Source: Desulfuromonadaceae bacterium
GTDB taxonomy: Bacteria; Desulfobacterota; Desulfuromonadia; Geobacterales; Pseudopelobacteraceae
DNA: 35,917 bases
NCBI GenBank assembly: GCA_049696195.1
Contig: JBAVTM010000108.1
Location: 1-35,917, forward strand
Direction of reading: 5' to 3'
The position numbers and the translations under genes are program-made. The notes beneath the pieces were generated by a model. It was not told where the DNA came from and made no database searches. It was given only the letters and a program-made list of their open reading frames with translations. How positions within the stretch are numbered: the stretch's first letter is position 1; every line of letters starts with the position of its first letter. Positions 1-8,901 of the stretch are shown piece after piece.

Positions 1-1304
1 TTCGGCATAGCCTCCACGATCATGCTGCCGGCAACCTTTTGCGCCGGCATGACCCTGCCGCTTATCACCAATATCCTCTTTCGTAAAGGTAACGGAGAAA
101 AAAGCGTCGGAGCAGTTTATGCCGCAAACACCATTGGTGCGATAATTGGAATCTTCAGCGCTGTTCACCTTATAATGCCGTCAATTGGGTTAAAAGGACT
201 TCTGGTCACCGGCGCGGCGCTTGACATGACCCTTGCTGTAATAATCGTAGCGTGTGCCGCTGATCCGCGGACCAGGCGTCTCACGCTGGTATTCGCAGGA
301 ACCTGTACGACTGCAATAATCATTGTAATTATGACGGTACATCTTGATCCCTACAAAATGGCCTCCGGTGTATATCGTTCAGGATCGGGTTTGATGAGGA
401 AAGGGCAAGACACGACTCTCCTGTTTCATAAGGACGGCAAGACCGCTACGGTCAGCGTTGTTAAGTCAATATCGGGCCTTACCGGTATCAGAACCAATGG
501 AAAGTCTGATTCATCTCTCAATCTTAATCCCGATAGTCCCGATATTGGTGATGAGCCTACGACAACATTACTGGGTGCATTGCCTTTGCTCTATTATCCG
601 GATGCCCGTTCAGTAGCGATAATTGGCCTGGGTACAGGGCTTACGACCCAGACTGTTCTGACTAATCCGAATGTTCAACACGTTGATACCATTGAAATAG
701 AGAAGTTTGTTATCGAAGGGGCGCGAAATTTCCAGAGCCGCACCGAAATGGTTTACAGCGATCCACGCAGCAGGATACTTATTGATGATGCGAAATCCTT
801 TTTTCAAGTCATGGAATAAAGTACGATATAATTATTTCGGAACCGTCCAATCCTTGGGTGAGTGGTGTTTCCGGACTGTTTTCAGATGAGTTTTACCGGC
901 ATGTAAAAGGCTATCTTCAGGATGACGGCCTTTTTGTCCAGTGGGTTCAGATGTATGAAATAGACATGCCGTTAATTACCTCCATATTCAAGACATTCGC
1001 GGAAAACTTCTCCGACTACACGGTCTATGAGATGGACGGCAAAATGGATCTTGTGATTGTGGGAAAGGCAAAAGGTTCCCTGGGGGGGCTCAAAACGGAT
1101 GCGCTGCAGTTTCCTGCCTTCCGTAGTGCTGTCTCGCGAGTACACATTAATGACCTGCAGGATATCAGTATCCGCCAGATAGGCTCCAAAAAGGATCTCA
1201 ACCCTCAATCCCAGATTCAGATACCCATCAATTCGGATTACTTTCCCTTTCTTGATCAGCATGCGGCAAAAGCAAGGTTTATGAATCCCGGAACACCGCC
1301 TTAG
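1..1304 (+). pseudogene. Fused membrane-domain / spermidine synthase-like protein, 5'-partial at the window edge and split by a frameshift in a T6 run (799-804)
   Basis: ORF 22..819 (its frame is open from nt 1) and ORF 858..1304 are two halves of one protein. The N-part is hydrophobic and is followed by the IIGLGTGLT nucleotide-binding motif. Reading the third frame from nt 804 gives SSHGIKYDIIISEPSNPWVSGVSGLFSDEFY, the conserved spermidine-synthase block. This joins DDAKSFF of the first frame if one T is added to the run. Confidence 0.7.
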
Positions 1305-1512
1305 AAGCCTTGACGTTATCAGTCGATTAGATGGTAACCGGTGTGTTTTTGCCTTCGGAGTAACAAGAACACGAGACCTTGGGTGTTGTCAATCAAGCTT
1401 CCATTTTTATATTCACACCTTTGAATCAACGAACTCTTGTTCCATCAGTCCCCTTCCCTACCCCTTGGCTATCCAGGTCATGGTTTTTTTGTTCACACCC
1501 CCAGCATCACAG

Positions 1513-1716
1513 TTAATAATGCGGCGGCGGTTCTTCCTGACCAGAGTCACGTGAAACGGATGGCGACATGGCCATAAGCTGCTCCTTGAGCGTCGTTATA
1601 TCCCGTCGCAGCTGTTCCAGGGACAACTCCTGACGACAAACAATTTCATTCAGTTCCAGAATTGTATGCTCTTGCTGCATGTAGCGCATTTCGAGCTCGT
1701 TGATTCGATCTTCCAT
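1513..1716 (-). CDS. slyX: SlyX family protein
   Basis: 67-aa coiled-coil protein (RINELEMRYMQQEHTILELNE...) ending in the characteristic PPPHY tail. Confidence 0.85.
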   Translation of the reverse strand: MEDRINELEMRYMQQEHTILELNEIVCRQELSLEQLRRDITTLKEQLMAMSPSVSRDSGQEEPPPHY

Positions 1717-1810
1717 ATCTCATGTGCCCCCCTTTGGATAAAGTGCCGTTTAGCGGAATATCACCGATATTAAACCTATTACAACAGAAATGTGCCTTTT
1801 TTGTTGCTTC

Positions 1811-1828
1811 CCTTACCGTACTGTAAGG
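1811..1828. promoter_or_regulatory. Near-perfect 18-bp palindrome CCTTACcGTACtGTAAGG, candidate operator of the adjacent OmpR/CusR-type regulator
   Basis: 16 of 18 positions are self-complementary. The site lies 56 nt upstream of the ATG at 1884. Its TTAC-N6-GTAA architecture resembles boxes recalled for the CusR/HprR/CopR subfamily. Confidence 0.4.
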
Positions 1829-1883
1829 AAAACGTCAGTTGCGTGATTCCTGCTCGGTGGTATGCTCCCATGCAGAGGATTAT

Positions 1884-2570
1884 ATGCGCATACTGGTGGT
1901 GGAAGACGAACGCAAAATCGCCGAAGCCCTCAAAAAAGGGCTGGAGGCGGAAGGGTACCAGGTTACAATATCAGCTACCGGGGAAGATGGCTTTTTTTGC
2001 CTAACCACGGAGGAGTATGACCTTATGCTGCTCGATCTGATGCTCCCGGGGCGTGACGGCATCGAGATCCTCCAGACCATCCGTAAAAAGGGCATCCTCA
2101 CACCGATTCTGCTTCTGACCGGTCGTGACACGGTAGAGGATCGCGTCCTCGGACTGGACAGCGGCGCCGATGACTATCTGGTCAAGCCCTTTGCCTTCCC
2201 GGAACTGCTCGCCCGCATCCGCCTGCTGCTGCGGCGTGGACATCAGGACCCGCAACACCTGTTAACCCTGACCGATCTGGAACTTAACCTGCTGACGCAC
2301 CGGGCAACCCGTTCCGGACAGTCCCTTGAGCTGACCGCCAAGGAGTTTGAACTGCTCGCATACCTGCTGCGACACCAGGGTCACGTCGTCTCCCGCGAGA
2401 TGCTGGCCCATGATGTCTGGCTGACTCGCGAGCGCTCGACCCCGCTGGACAACGTGATCGATGTCAACATCACCCGGTTGCGCCGCAAGGTGGATGGCCC
2501 ATTCGAAAACAAACTGATCCGGACCATGAGAGGCGTCGGTTTTTGCCTGGGTGAGAGTGGCCATGACTAG
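1884..2570 (+). CDS. OmpR-family response regulator (heavy-metal CusR/CopR-like)
   Basis: MRILVVEDE receiver start with AGAGGA 5-10 nt upstream, LLDLMLPGRDG phospho-acceptor region, and a C-terminal winged helix (LTAKEFELLAYLLRHQG). The ORF-track start 1839 is a TTG and is probably too long. Confidence 0.9.
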   Translation: MRILVVEDERKIAEALKKGLEAEGYQVTISATGEDGFFCLTTEEYDLMLLDLMLPGRDGIEILQTIRKKGILTPILLLTGRDTVEDRVLGLDSGADDYLVKPFAFPELLARIRLLLRRGHQDPQHLLTLTDLELNLLTHRATRSGQSLELTAKEFELLAYLLRHQGHVVSREMLAHDVWLTRERSTPLDNVIDVNITRLRRKVDGPFENKLIRTMRGVGFCLGESGHD

Positions 2571-3921
2571 CCGTCTGGGGGTCAGAGCCCGTTTCACCCT
2601 GCTGTATGGCATTGCCCTTATTATCACGATCATGCTCGTGTCCGGCGGAATCTACTTCTTTGTCCAGCGGGCCTTGCTGGGACAGGTTGAAAACCATCTC
2701 CGCAAAGACCTGGCAAGTATTACGGAATTCCTCAAGAATGACATCTCTGATCTGCAGAAGGTCGCCGCACATGGTCCGATTGATCTGTTTGCCGTTCAGC
2801 AGAACGGAAAATTTGTTGTCACGTCTGATGACTGGAAGGAGATCGGTTTCAATACCATCCTCAAAGAAGGGGCGGTTTTTACGACGCCCCGATCCGTGAC
2901 CGCACCTAACGGCAAATCCTATCTCCTGCAGTCGTCAACCGTTGATGCAGCGGGCATACCCTTTATGGTTACCGTGGCTCATTATGAGGAAGGCGTTCGG
3001 CAGACGCTGCGAACCCTTGGACAGATCATCCTGCTGATCCTGCCTCTGGCCGTGGCGATCTCCCTGGCAATCGGCTACATCATCGCCGGCCGTGTTATTG
3101 CCCCGATCAGCGCAATAACCCGCAAGGCCGAGGAAATCGGAGCCGAGAACCTGTCCGAGCGTCTGCCGGTCGGCGAAAGTGATGATGAGTTCAGCCGACT
3201 GGCCTCGGTCTTCAACCAGACCTTTGCCCGCATCGAGGATTCTTTCAGCCGCCTGCGCCGCTTCACCGCCGACGCCTCTCACGAACTGCGCACACCACTG
3301 GCCGCCATCCGCAGCATAGGCGAGACCGCCCTGCACGCTCCCGATGAGCTGGGAAACTGCCGCGAAGCCATCGGCAGCATTCTTGAGGAAAGCGATCGTT
3401 TGCGACAGCTGGTCGATGCTCTTCTGCTCCTCTCCAGGGCGGATGCGGGTGAAATCGGGTTGCACCGGGAAGCTGTCGACCTGACAGAATTGGCCCGGGA
3501 AACGGTCGAATTCCTGAATGTACTGGCCGAGGAGAAACGACAATCAATCAAAATCAGTGCAAGTGGAAAAGCGATTGCGCAGATCGACCGGTCCAGCGTA
3601 CGCCAGGCACTGACCAACCTGCTGGACAACGCCATCAAGTATGCGCCGCCGGAAAGCGACATCATTATAACGGTCGGCGTCACCAGCCGGGACGAGGCAT
3701 TTGTCGAGATTGCCGATAGCGGCAGTGGAATCCCTGAGGAGGATCTGCAGCGAATTTTCGACCGGTTTTATCGTGTTGACAAAGGCAGGTCCCGGGAAAG
3801 TGGCGGGGCCGGGCTGGGATTATCGATCTCCAAGTGGGCGGTGGAAAGTAATGGAGGGAGGATAGAGGTAAGGAGCAGCATCAACCAGGGGAGCCTGTTC
3901 AAGGTGATTTTTCCCGGGTAG
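2563..3921 (+). CDS. Membrane sensor histidine kinase (HAMP-HisKA-HATPase, CusS-like)
   Basis: Two TM segments flank a roughly 130-aa periplasmic domain. H-box ADASHELRTPL, N-box LLDNAIKY, G-boxes DSGSGI and GGAGLGLSI are present. The ATG at 2563 overlaps the regulator's stop codon; a GTG at 2551 is an alternative start. Confidence 0.9.
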   Translation: MTSRLGVRARFTLLYGIALIITIMLVSGGIYFFVQRALLGQVENHLRKDLASITEFLKNDISDLQKVAAHGPIDLFAVQQNGKFVVTSDDWKEIGFNTILKEGAVFTTPRSVTAPNGKSYLLQSSTVDAAGIPFMVTVAHYEEGVRQTLRTLGQIILLILPLAVAISLAIGYIIAGRVIAPISAITRKAEEIGAENLSERLPVGESDDEFSRLASVFNQTFARIEDSFSRLRRFTADASHELRTPLAAIRSIGETALHAPDELGNCREAIGSILEESDRLRQLVDALLLLSRADAGEIGLHREAVDLTELARETVEFLNVLAEEKRQSIKISASGKAIAQIDRSSVRQALTNLLDNAIKYAPPESDIIITVGVTSRDEAFVEIADSGSGIPEEDLQRIFDRFYRVDKGRSRESGGAGLGLSISKWAVESNGGRIEVRSSINQGSLFKVIFPG

Positions 3922-3927
3922 AGTTTA

Positions 3928-3946
3928 TGTACAGAATTTTTGTACG
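3928..3946. promoter_or_regulatory. Inverted repeat tGTACAgaattttTGTACg upstream of the cytochrome gene
   Basis: 5-bp arms GTACA/TGTAC with a 7-nt AT-rich spacer, lying in the 103-nt gap between the kinase and cytochrome genes. Confidence 0.25.
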
Positions 3947-4024
3947 GGGAGGTGAAAGGAGATAGCTATTTTCTTGGTTTCGAAGCAACAGGCAACCAAA
4001 TCACAAAGAAAAGGAGAAGTCACG

Positions 4025-5209
4025 ATGAAAAAGCATGTTGTTGTAACCGCAGTCGCAGGCGCCCTGATGCTGGGGCTGACCGCAGTGGCCGGGGCCGCCG
4101 ACCCCAAGGGGGAATTCGTCGGATCCGAAAAATGCAAGACGTGCCACTCAACGCAGTACAAGAGCTGGAAAGAGAGCTATCACAGCAAGATGGTGCGGAC
4201 AAAGGCCGACGGCATCCTTAAAGGGGTGGTGGAAAAATGGGCCACCGACGGCACCAATCCCGGACCTACCAAGGGTAACGTGACTGGCAAGGATTTCAAG
4301 CTGGATGATGTGGTCTATGTGGTCGGCGCCAAGTGGAAGCAGCGCTTCATGGTCAAGAACGACCAGACCGGCGGCATACAGTTCCTGAACAAGCAGTTCA
4401 ACAGCATGAGCGGCAAGTGGGAGAACTACGGCAACAAAAATGACTGGAACACCAACTGCGCAACCTGCCATACCACCGGCTACCGCATCCTGGAATACGA
4501 CGATAAATTCGGCAAGCACGGCAGGACGGCCAAGGACAGTTACAGCGAGATAAACGTGGGGTGCGAGGCCTGTCATGGCCCCGGCGCCAAGCATGTCAAG
4601 AGCAAGTCCAAGAAGGACATCTTCGCCTTTGCCGGCAAGTCGAAGGCCGAGCAGTCAAGGGTCTGCGGCTACTGCCACAACAGGATCGAGAACGAGAAGT
4701 TCATGACGGCCCAGGGGAACCCGCGCGAAGACCTTCCGGCGCCCAAGGTCGGTGACTCTTTCAAGGCCGGCGACGACTGGACCAAGTGGTATCCCGAGCA
4801 TGCGATCATGCCTGGCATTCAGCCCGAGGACAAGGTCGACGCCGACTACACGGGCGACCTGAAGGGGCTGTTCATCAAGGATGATAAATCCAAGGAGATG
4901 GGGGCTTACGATTCGGCCAAGCATCACCAGGAGTACCAGGACTTCCTGCAGTCCAAGCACTATAAAAATGACATTCTGAGCTGCGTTGACTGCCACGGCG
5001 GTCTCCACGCCACCAAGATGGCTCCGGCCAAGGTAGCCAAGGCCAGCTGCGCCGGCTGTCACGACGCATCGTACACTGTCGAGAAATACATGCCCGGCAC
5101 CGGTAAGACCGCCGACAACCTGTTCCTGAGGACCCACACGTTCAACAAGAATCAGACCAGGCCGGGTGGCCCGACCGCCAAGGGCGAGCCTGAATACAAC
5201 AAGAAGTAA
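4025..5209 (+). CDS. Secreted hexahaem c-type cytochrome
   Basis: Six CXXCH motifs (CKTCH, CATCH, CEACH, CGYCH, CVDCH, CAGCH). Signal peptide MKKHVVVTAVAGALMLGLTAVAGA. AAGGAG lies 6-7 nt upstream of the ATG at 4025. Confidence 0.9.
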   Translation: MKKHVVVTAVAGALMLGLTAVAGAADPKGEFVGSEKCKTCHSTQYKSWKESYHSKMVRTKADGILKGVVEKWATDGTNPGPTKGNVTGKDFKLDDVVYVVGAKWKQRFMVKNDQTGGIQFLNKQFNSMSGKWENYGNKNDWNTNCATCHTTGYRILEYDDKFGKHGRTAKDSYSEINVGCEACHGPGAKHVKSKSKKDIFAFAGKSKAEQSRVCGYCHNRIENEKFMTAQGNPREDLPAPKVGDSFKAGDDWTKWYPEHAIMPGIQPEDKVDADYTGDLKGLFIKDDKSKEMGAYDSAKHHQEYQDFLQSKHYKNDILSCVDCHGGLHATKMAPAKVAKASCAGCHDASYTVEKYMPGTGKTADNLFLRTHTFNKNQTRPGGPTAKGEPEYNKK

Positions 5210-5228
5210 GATCAATATCAATTGAACC

Positions 5229-5266
5229 AAAAACGGCGCGGCCTTTGGGAAGCGCCGTTTTTATTT
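5229..5266 (+). terminator. Rho-independent terminator after the cytochrome gene
   Basis: aaaaaCGGCGC-loop-GCGCCGttttt followed by a T-rich tail. Confidence 0.7.
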
Positions 5267-5354
5267 CATGTTTATAGCCCAAATTATTCGAGTACCTGAC
5301 GCTGCATCCATGCTAGGATAACTTTCAAAATCATCATCCGGAGGTCAATTGTTT

Positions 5355-6188
5355 ATGAAGTACCGTCTGCACCTGCTGTTCCTGCTGTTCCTGCTGTTAT
5401 TGTCGTTGTCCATCTCCCTTGCACATGCCGCCCCGCCCGAAATAAAAAAGAATCAACCCGCGTTAAGTCATGAAGTCAAGGTTCCGATCCTCCTTTACCA
5501 CCGCTTCGGCCCGACTGTTGCCGACGGCATGACGATCACCACGCCGGTGTTCGAATCCCACCTCAAATACCTGAGAGACAACGGCTATAAGGTGATCCCC
5601 CTGCGTCAGCTGGTTGCCTGGTACCAGAAGAAGGGACCTGCACCGGCTCCCAAATCGGTGGTAATCGTCGAGGACGACGCCCATAAATCCGTGTACACCG
5701 ACATGCTGCCGCTCGCGAAGAAGTATAACGTGCCGGTGACGGTTTTCATCTATCCATCAGCCATTTCGAACGCCAAATACGCGATGACCTGGGACCAGCT
5801 CCGGGAGCTGAAGAAGAGCGGCCTGTTCGACTTCCAGGGTCATACCTACTGGCACCCGAACTTCAAAAGAGACAAGAAGAAAATGACGCCGCAGGAATAT
5901 GAAAAGTCGGTGACGACGCAGCTGAACAAATCAAAGGCCAAGATCGAAAAGGAGCTGGGAGGAAAGGTGGACATGCTCGCCTGGCCGTTCGGCATCTTCG
6001 ACGACTATCTGCTGCAGAAGGCGGCCGAAGCCGGTTACATTGCCACTTTCACGATTGTGGCCCATCATGCGACTCCTGCGGACAGCGTGAATAAACTGCC
6101 CAGATACCTGCTGATAAATTCGGATCAGGGCAAGGCGTTCGAGCAGATCGTGACGGGAACCGCGCCAAAGCGGAACATCGTCTACTGA
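5355..6188 (+). CDS. Polysaccharide deacetylase (NodB-homology) family protein, secreted
   Basis: Signal peptide with poly-Leu core. Blocks VPILLYHRF, VVIVEDDAHKSVY and FQGHTYWHP are typical of the family. GGAGG lies 10 nt upstream of the ATG at 5355. Confidence 0.85.
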   Translation: MKYRLHLLFLLFLLLLSLSISLAHAAPPEIKKNQPALSHEVKVPILLYHRFGPTVADGMTITTPVFESHLKYLRDNGYKVIPLRQLVAWYQKKGPAPAPKSVVIVEDDAHKSVYTDMLPLAKKYNVPVTVFIYPSAISNAKYAMTWDQLRELKKSGLFDFQGHTYWHPNFKRDKKKMTPQEYEKSVTTQLNKSKAKIEKELGGKVDMLAWPFGIFDDYLLQKAAEAGYIATFTIVAHHATPADSVNKLPRYLLINSDQGKAFEQIVTGTAPKRNIVY

Positions 6189-6273
6189 TCCCGGGTAAAC
6201 GGGACGACGGAGGTCGGCTCCGGACGTTTCGACATCACGCTCGTTTTTTATATTTGCATACTCTGTAACAGTT

Positions 6274-6298
6274 AAGGCCCGCGATCTTCGTGGGCTTT
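6274..6298. terminator. Hairpin between convergent genes (possible bidirectional terminator)
   Basis: aaGGCCCGCGatcttCGTGGGCttt. The stem includes G-U pairs and the T tail is weak on both strands. Confidence 0.35.
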
Positions 6299-6302
6299 AC
6301 TG

Positions 6303-7520
6303 TTACAGCTCGTCGGAAACGCCGGATGCCTTGAAATTCCTGAACAGGATCAGGTCATACACTATTTTCAGCCCTCCTGCGACGATGAACGGCCCGCCAA
6401 GGAACACCGAGAACAGGGCACCGGCAACTGCCGGGGAGAGCGAAGCGCCGACCGACCGGGCTATGCCGGTTATGCCGGCCGCCGCAGAACGTTCATCCGG
6501 TTCGACGATGGCCATGGTATAGGCCTGGCGCGTCGGCACGTCCATCTGCGAAATACTGAAGCGCAGCAGCAGCATGCTGATCGCCAGTGGAAAATTCGGC
6601 ATGAGCGGGACAAGTATGAGGAGAATATTCGACGGCAAATGGGTAAACACCATGGTCCGGATGAGCCCGATTTTTTTCGCAAGCGGCACGGCAAGCAGCG
6701 CCGAAAAACCGGCGAGCAGGTTGGCTCCGAAGAATATGCCACCGAGCGCGGCCTCGTCAGCTCCGTAGCGGACATGAAACCAATAGGCCATAAAACTCTG
6801 AAGGACAAAGCCGCCCGCGAACGCATCCAGCGAAAAGAGCATTGAAAGCTTGAATACCACGCCACGAGACCTGTGCAGGCCGAAGCGGCTTCGCGGCGCT
6901 ATGGAAGCTGGATTCCGAGCGGCTTCACACTCCCTTGAAAGCCCTGTAAAAACAATTGCCAGAATGCCACCGATGATCGCATAGCCAAACAGAATAACCC
7001 GGTAGGAATCAAGCGGGCTCATGCCCCGACCCTGCAGCAGTGTGGACAGGTATCCTCCGGCAAGCGCACCGAATGCCGTGGAAAGCGAGCCGATCAGCCC
7101 ATACCAGGCAAATATTCCGGTTCGCTGCTCTTTGGAAACAAGCTGGGAAAGCATCGCCTGTTCAACGGGAAGAAACGGCCCTATTTCGTTGCCGCTCGGA
7201 CTGATTACCCCGATGATCGCAGCAATAATGAGAAGCAGGGGATTGCTCGTCAGGATGAAGACGACACCGGCCACCATCATCAGGACAGCGCCGATAACCA
7301 GGGTTTTCTTGCGTCCGAATCGGTCTGCCGTGGTGGTAAGCAGCAGCGATATTCCCGCATCACCGACAAGCGTCAACGAGAACAGCACCCCCATGAGTAA
7401 TTCGTCCAGACCCGATTCTGCCAGATAGAGGGCGAGTATAACAGAGAGAAACCCATACCCGAACAGTCTGAGTGTGCGGGTGGCAAAAAGCAGTATAATA
7501 TTCCGATCAACACCGAACAT
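6303..7520 (-). CDS. MFS transporter
   Basis: 405 aa with about 12 hydrophobic segments and the DRFGRKK loop motif between TM2 and TM3. Confidence 0.85.
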   Translation of the reverse strand: MFGVDRNIILLFATRTLRLFGYGFLSVILALYLAESGLDELLMGVLFSLTLVGDAGISLLLTTTADRFGRKKTLVIGAVLMMVAGVVFILTSNPLLLIIAAIIGVISPSGNEIGPFLPVEQAMLSQLVSKEQRTGIFAWYGLIGSLSTAFGALAGGYLSTLLQGRGMSPLDSYRVILFGYAIIGGILAIVFTGLSRECEAARNPASIAPRSRFGLHRSRGVVFKLSMLFSLDAFAGGFVLQSFMAYWFHVRYGADEAALGGIFFGANLLAGFSALLAVPLAKKIGLIRTMVFTHLPSNILLILVPLMPNFPLAISMLLLRFSISQMDVPTRQAYTMAIVEPDERSAAAGITGIARSVGASLSPAVAGALFSVFLGGPFIVAGGLKIVYDLILFRNFKASGVSDEL

Positions 7521-7567
7521 GGTTCCTCAATCCCCGGAGATTGGCTTCAGCGTCAGATTTTGCGTCA

Positions 7568-7603
7568 GAAAAAAGAAAAGGGCCAGACATTTCTGTCTAA
7601 CCC
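7568..7603 (-). terminator. Rho-independent terminator downstream of the ice-binding-like gene
   Basis: The minus strand reads GGGTTAGACAgaaaTGTCTGGCCC followed by ttttcttttttc. Confidence 0.6.
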
Positions 7604-7681
7604 TTTGATTTTTATGGTGCACCGCAATAGATGTGAAGAGAACAGTATCTTACCCTGCTTTCACATTACACAGCGCCTGCC

Positions 7682-8440
7682 TTACGGGGCGGTAATGGTA
7701 TTTGCGATTAATGTAACCGCGGTCTGTGCCAACGCCCTGCCGCTCAGCTTTGCGCCGGTATTCATCGAAATCAACGTTTGACTCAATATGATTCCCTTGA
7801 CGTCTGCCGTCGTCCCAAGGGTTGCCTTGCCGGATACCTGCCAGAATATGTTCTTGGCCTGTGCTCCGCCGATCAGGTTAAATTTGGCGCCGTTGTTCAC
7901 TATCAGATCTCCGGCTATCTGGAAGATCCAGACATCATTTGGGCCACCCGCGAGAGTAATACCGGCATTTGTGACTAAAACTCCTGTGCCCCATTTGTAG
8001 AGGCCGGGAAGAAGTGTCTTGCCGCTAATATCTCCGCCGCCCAGTTCAATGAAATTAGGTGATGTTCTTCCGGCGGCGTCAGTGAACGCGGTTTCCATGT
8101 CGCTTATAGCCGTGGTCATTTTAGCAGGAGTAGGCGGAGCATAGTCGGCTGCGTATATTTTTTCGGTCACTAAAGATGATGTAGAAAATGTATTCGTTGA
8201 ATCCGCGATAAGTCCGAATCCCGTCATGGCAGTCGCGGCGATAGGACTGACTCCCATATTTCCAACAACGGTGGTGGTTCCGGTGGTTGTGACTCCTGTT
8301 GCTGTCAATACCACAAATTCTCCGGCTGTTCTAAGATTTACCGGCGAGGGGCCAGCAGCGGATGCACCCGTGGCAAACATAAAAACACTCAGAATTGACA
8401 TACATACAAGGTTAGCTTTTTGTGTCGTAAATCTTTTCAT
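7682..8440 (-). CDS. Secreted ice-binding family (DUF3494) protein
   Basis: Signal peptide followed by LRTAGEFVVLTATGVTTTGTTTVVGNMGVSP. Later blocks are LLPGLYKWG, GGPNDVWIFQIAGDL, GGAQAKNIFWQV and GRALAQTAVTL. All are hallmark blocks of the beta-solenoid DUF3494 fold. AAGGAG lies 5 nt upstream of the ATG. Confidence 0.85.
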   Translation of the reverse strand: MKRFTTQKANLVCMSILSVFMFATGASAAGPSPVNLRTAGEFVVLTATGVTTTGTTTVVGNMGVSPIAATAMTGFGLIADSTNTFSTSSLVTEKIYAADYAPPTPAKMTTAISDMETAFTDAAGRTSPNFIELGGGDISGKTLLPGLYKWGTGVLVTNAGITLAGGPNDVWIFQIAGDLIVNNGAKFNLIGGAQAKNIFWQVSGKATLGTTADVKGIILSQTLISMNTGAKLSGRALAQTAVTLIANTITAP

Positions 8441-8729
8441 AAAATCTCCTTTTTAATCATTTGAAATATTTGAATCACAATTGTTAGCTACTAATCTTAT
8501 GCTATACATCCCTTTCCATTTTTCACCTCCTTTGAATTAATCCATACCCCTTCGTTCAGCTGTATCCCCCTTCACAATAATCATAAGAACTCGCATTCGA
8601 ATGAGAAGACCAGGATACCCACGAAGAGCAAATAGCCGACCAATAATCTATTTAAAATCTTAAAGCCGGATTTAACCAATAATTACATTTCATTAGATTG
8701 GCAGGAGAGGTGATTCGGAGGTGAATGAA

Positions 8730-8879
8730 ATGACTCGTTTGGCCTCAGTTTTCTGCGGAATCTTCAAGTTTCTGAGGGAAACGTTGTGGGGGAGTTTATG
8801 CCCGTTGCAATTCGAGTCAGAAATCACAGCGTTCACCTTTGCAACATCAGACAATACGCAAAAAGGGGCTACGACATAA
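8730..8879 (+). CDS. Possible 49-aa small ORF (below the ORF-track cutoff)
   Basis: GGAGG (8717-8721) lies 8 nt upstream of the ATG. The stop codon sits in the loop of the terminator hairpin at 8863-8901. No recognisable family and no codon statistics were possible. Confidence 0.25.
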   Translation: MTRLASVFCGIFKFLRETLWGSLCPLQFESEITAFTFATSDNTQKGATT

Positions 8880-8901
8880 GCCGTAACCCCTTGATTTTTT
8901 T
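8863..8901. terminator. Hairpin plus T7 run (bidirectional terminator) abutting the tRNA fragment
   Basis: AAGGGGCTAC-10 nt-GTAACCCCTT then gattttttt. The complement also ends in tttttg. Confidence 0.6.

Noticed and set aside
798-819. Programmed -1 ribosomal frameshift on C-TTT-TTT as the explanation for the split spermidine synthase-like gene.
   Set aside because: There is no canonical X-XXY-YYZ heptamer and no evident downstream pseudoknot or hairpin. This family is not known to use recoding. A homopolymer error or mutation is more parsimonious.
2935-3543. Long antisense or alternative-frame ORFs inside well-supported genes. Examples: 2935..3543(-), 4655..5230(-), 16012..16707(-), 18298..19086(+), 19864..20481(+), 21176..21958(+), 28609..29196(-), 32586..33290(-), 34570..35211(-).
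   Set aside because: Each lies entirely within a gene that has clear family motifs on the other strand or frame. Their products are Arg/Gly/Pro-rich low-complexity strings typical of shadow ORFs in GC-rich coding DNA, and none has an SD.
7615-7680. Possible additional tRNA, because the stretch starts with tggtgcacc like a tRNA 3' end.
   Set aside because: The reverse complement has no T-loop (GTTCRANYC) and no acceptor-stem partner. Only the first 9 nt resemble the tRNA end, so it is treated as a junction relic.
8502-8519. Five-codon mini-ORF (MERDV) with a perfect AAGGAGG SD in the leader of the DUF3494 gene.
   Set aside because: It is too short to evaluate and no attenuator-like alternative structures are evident. 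It is probably a fortuitous SD-like purine run.
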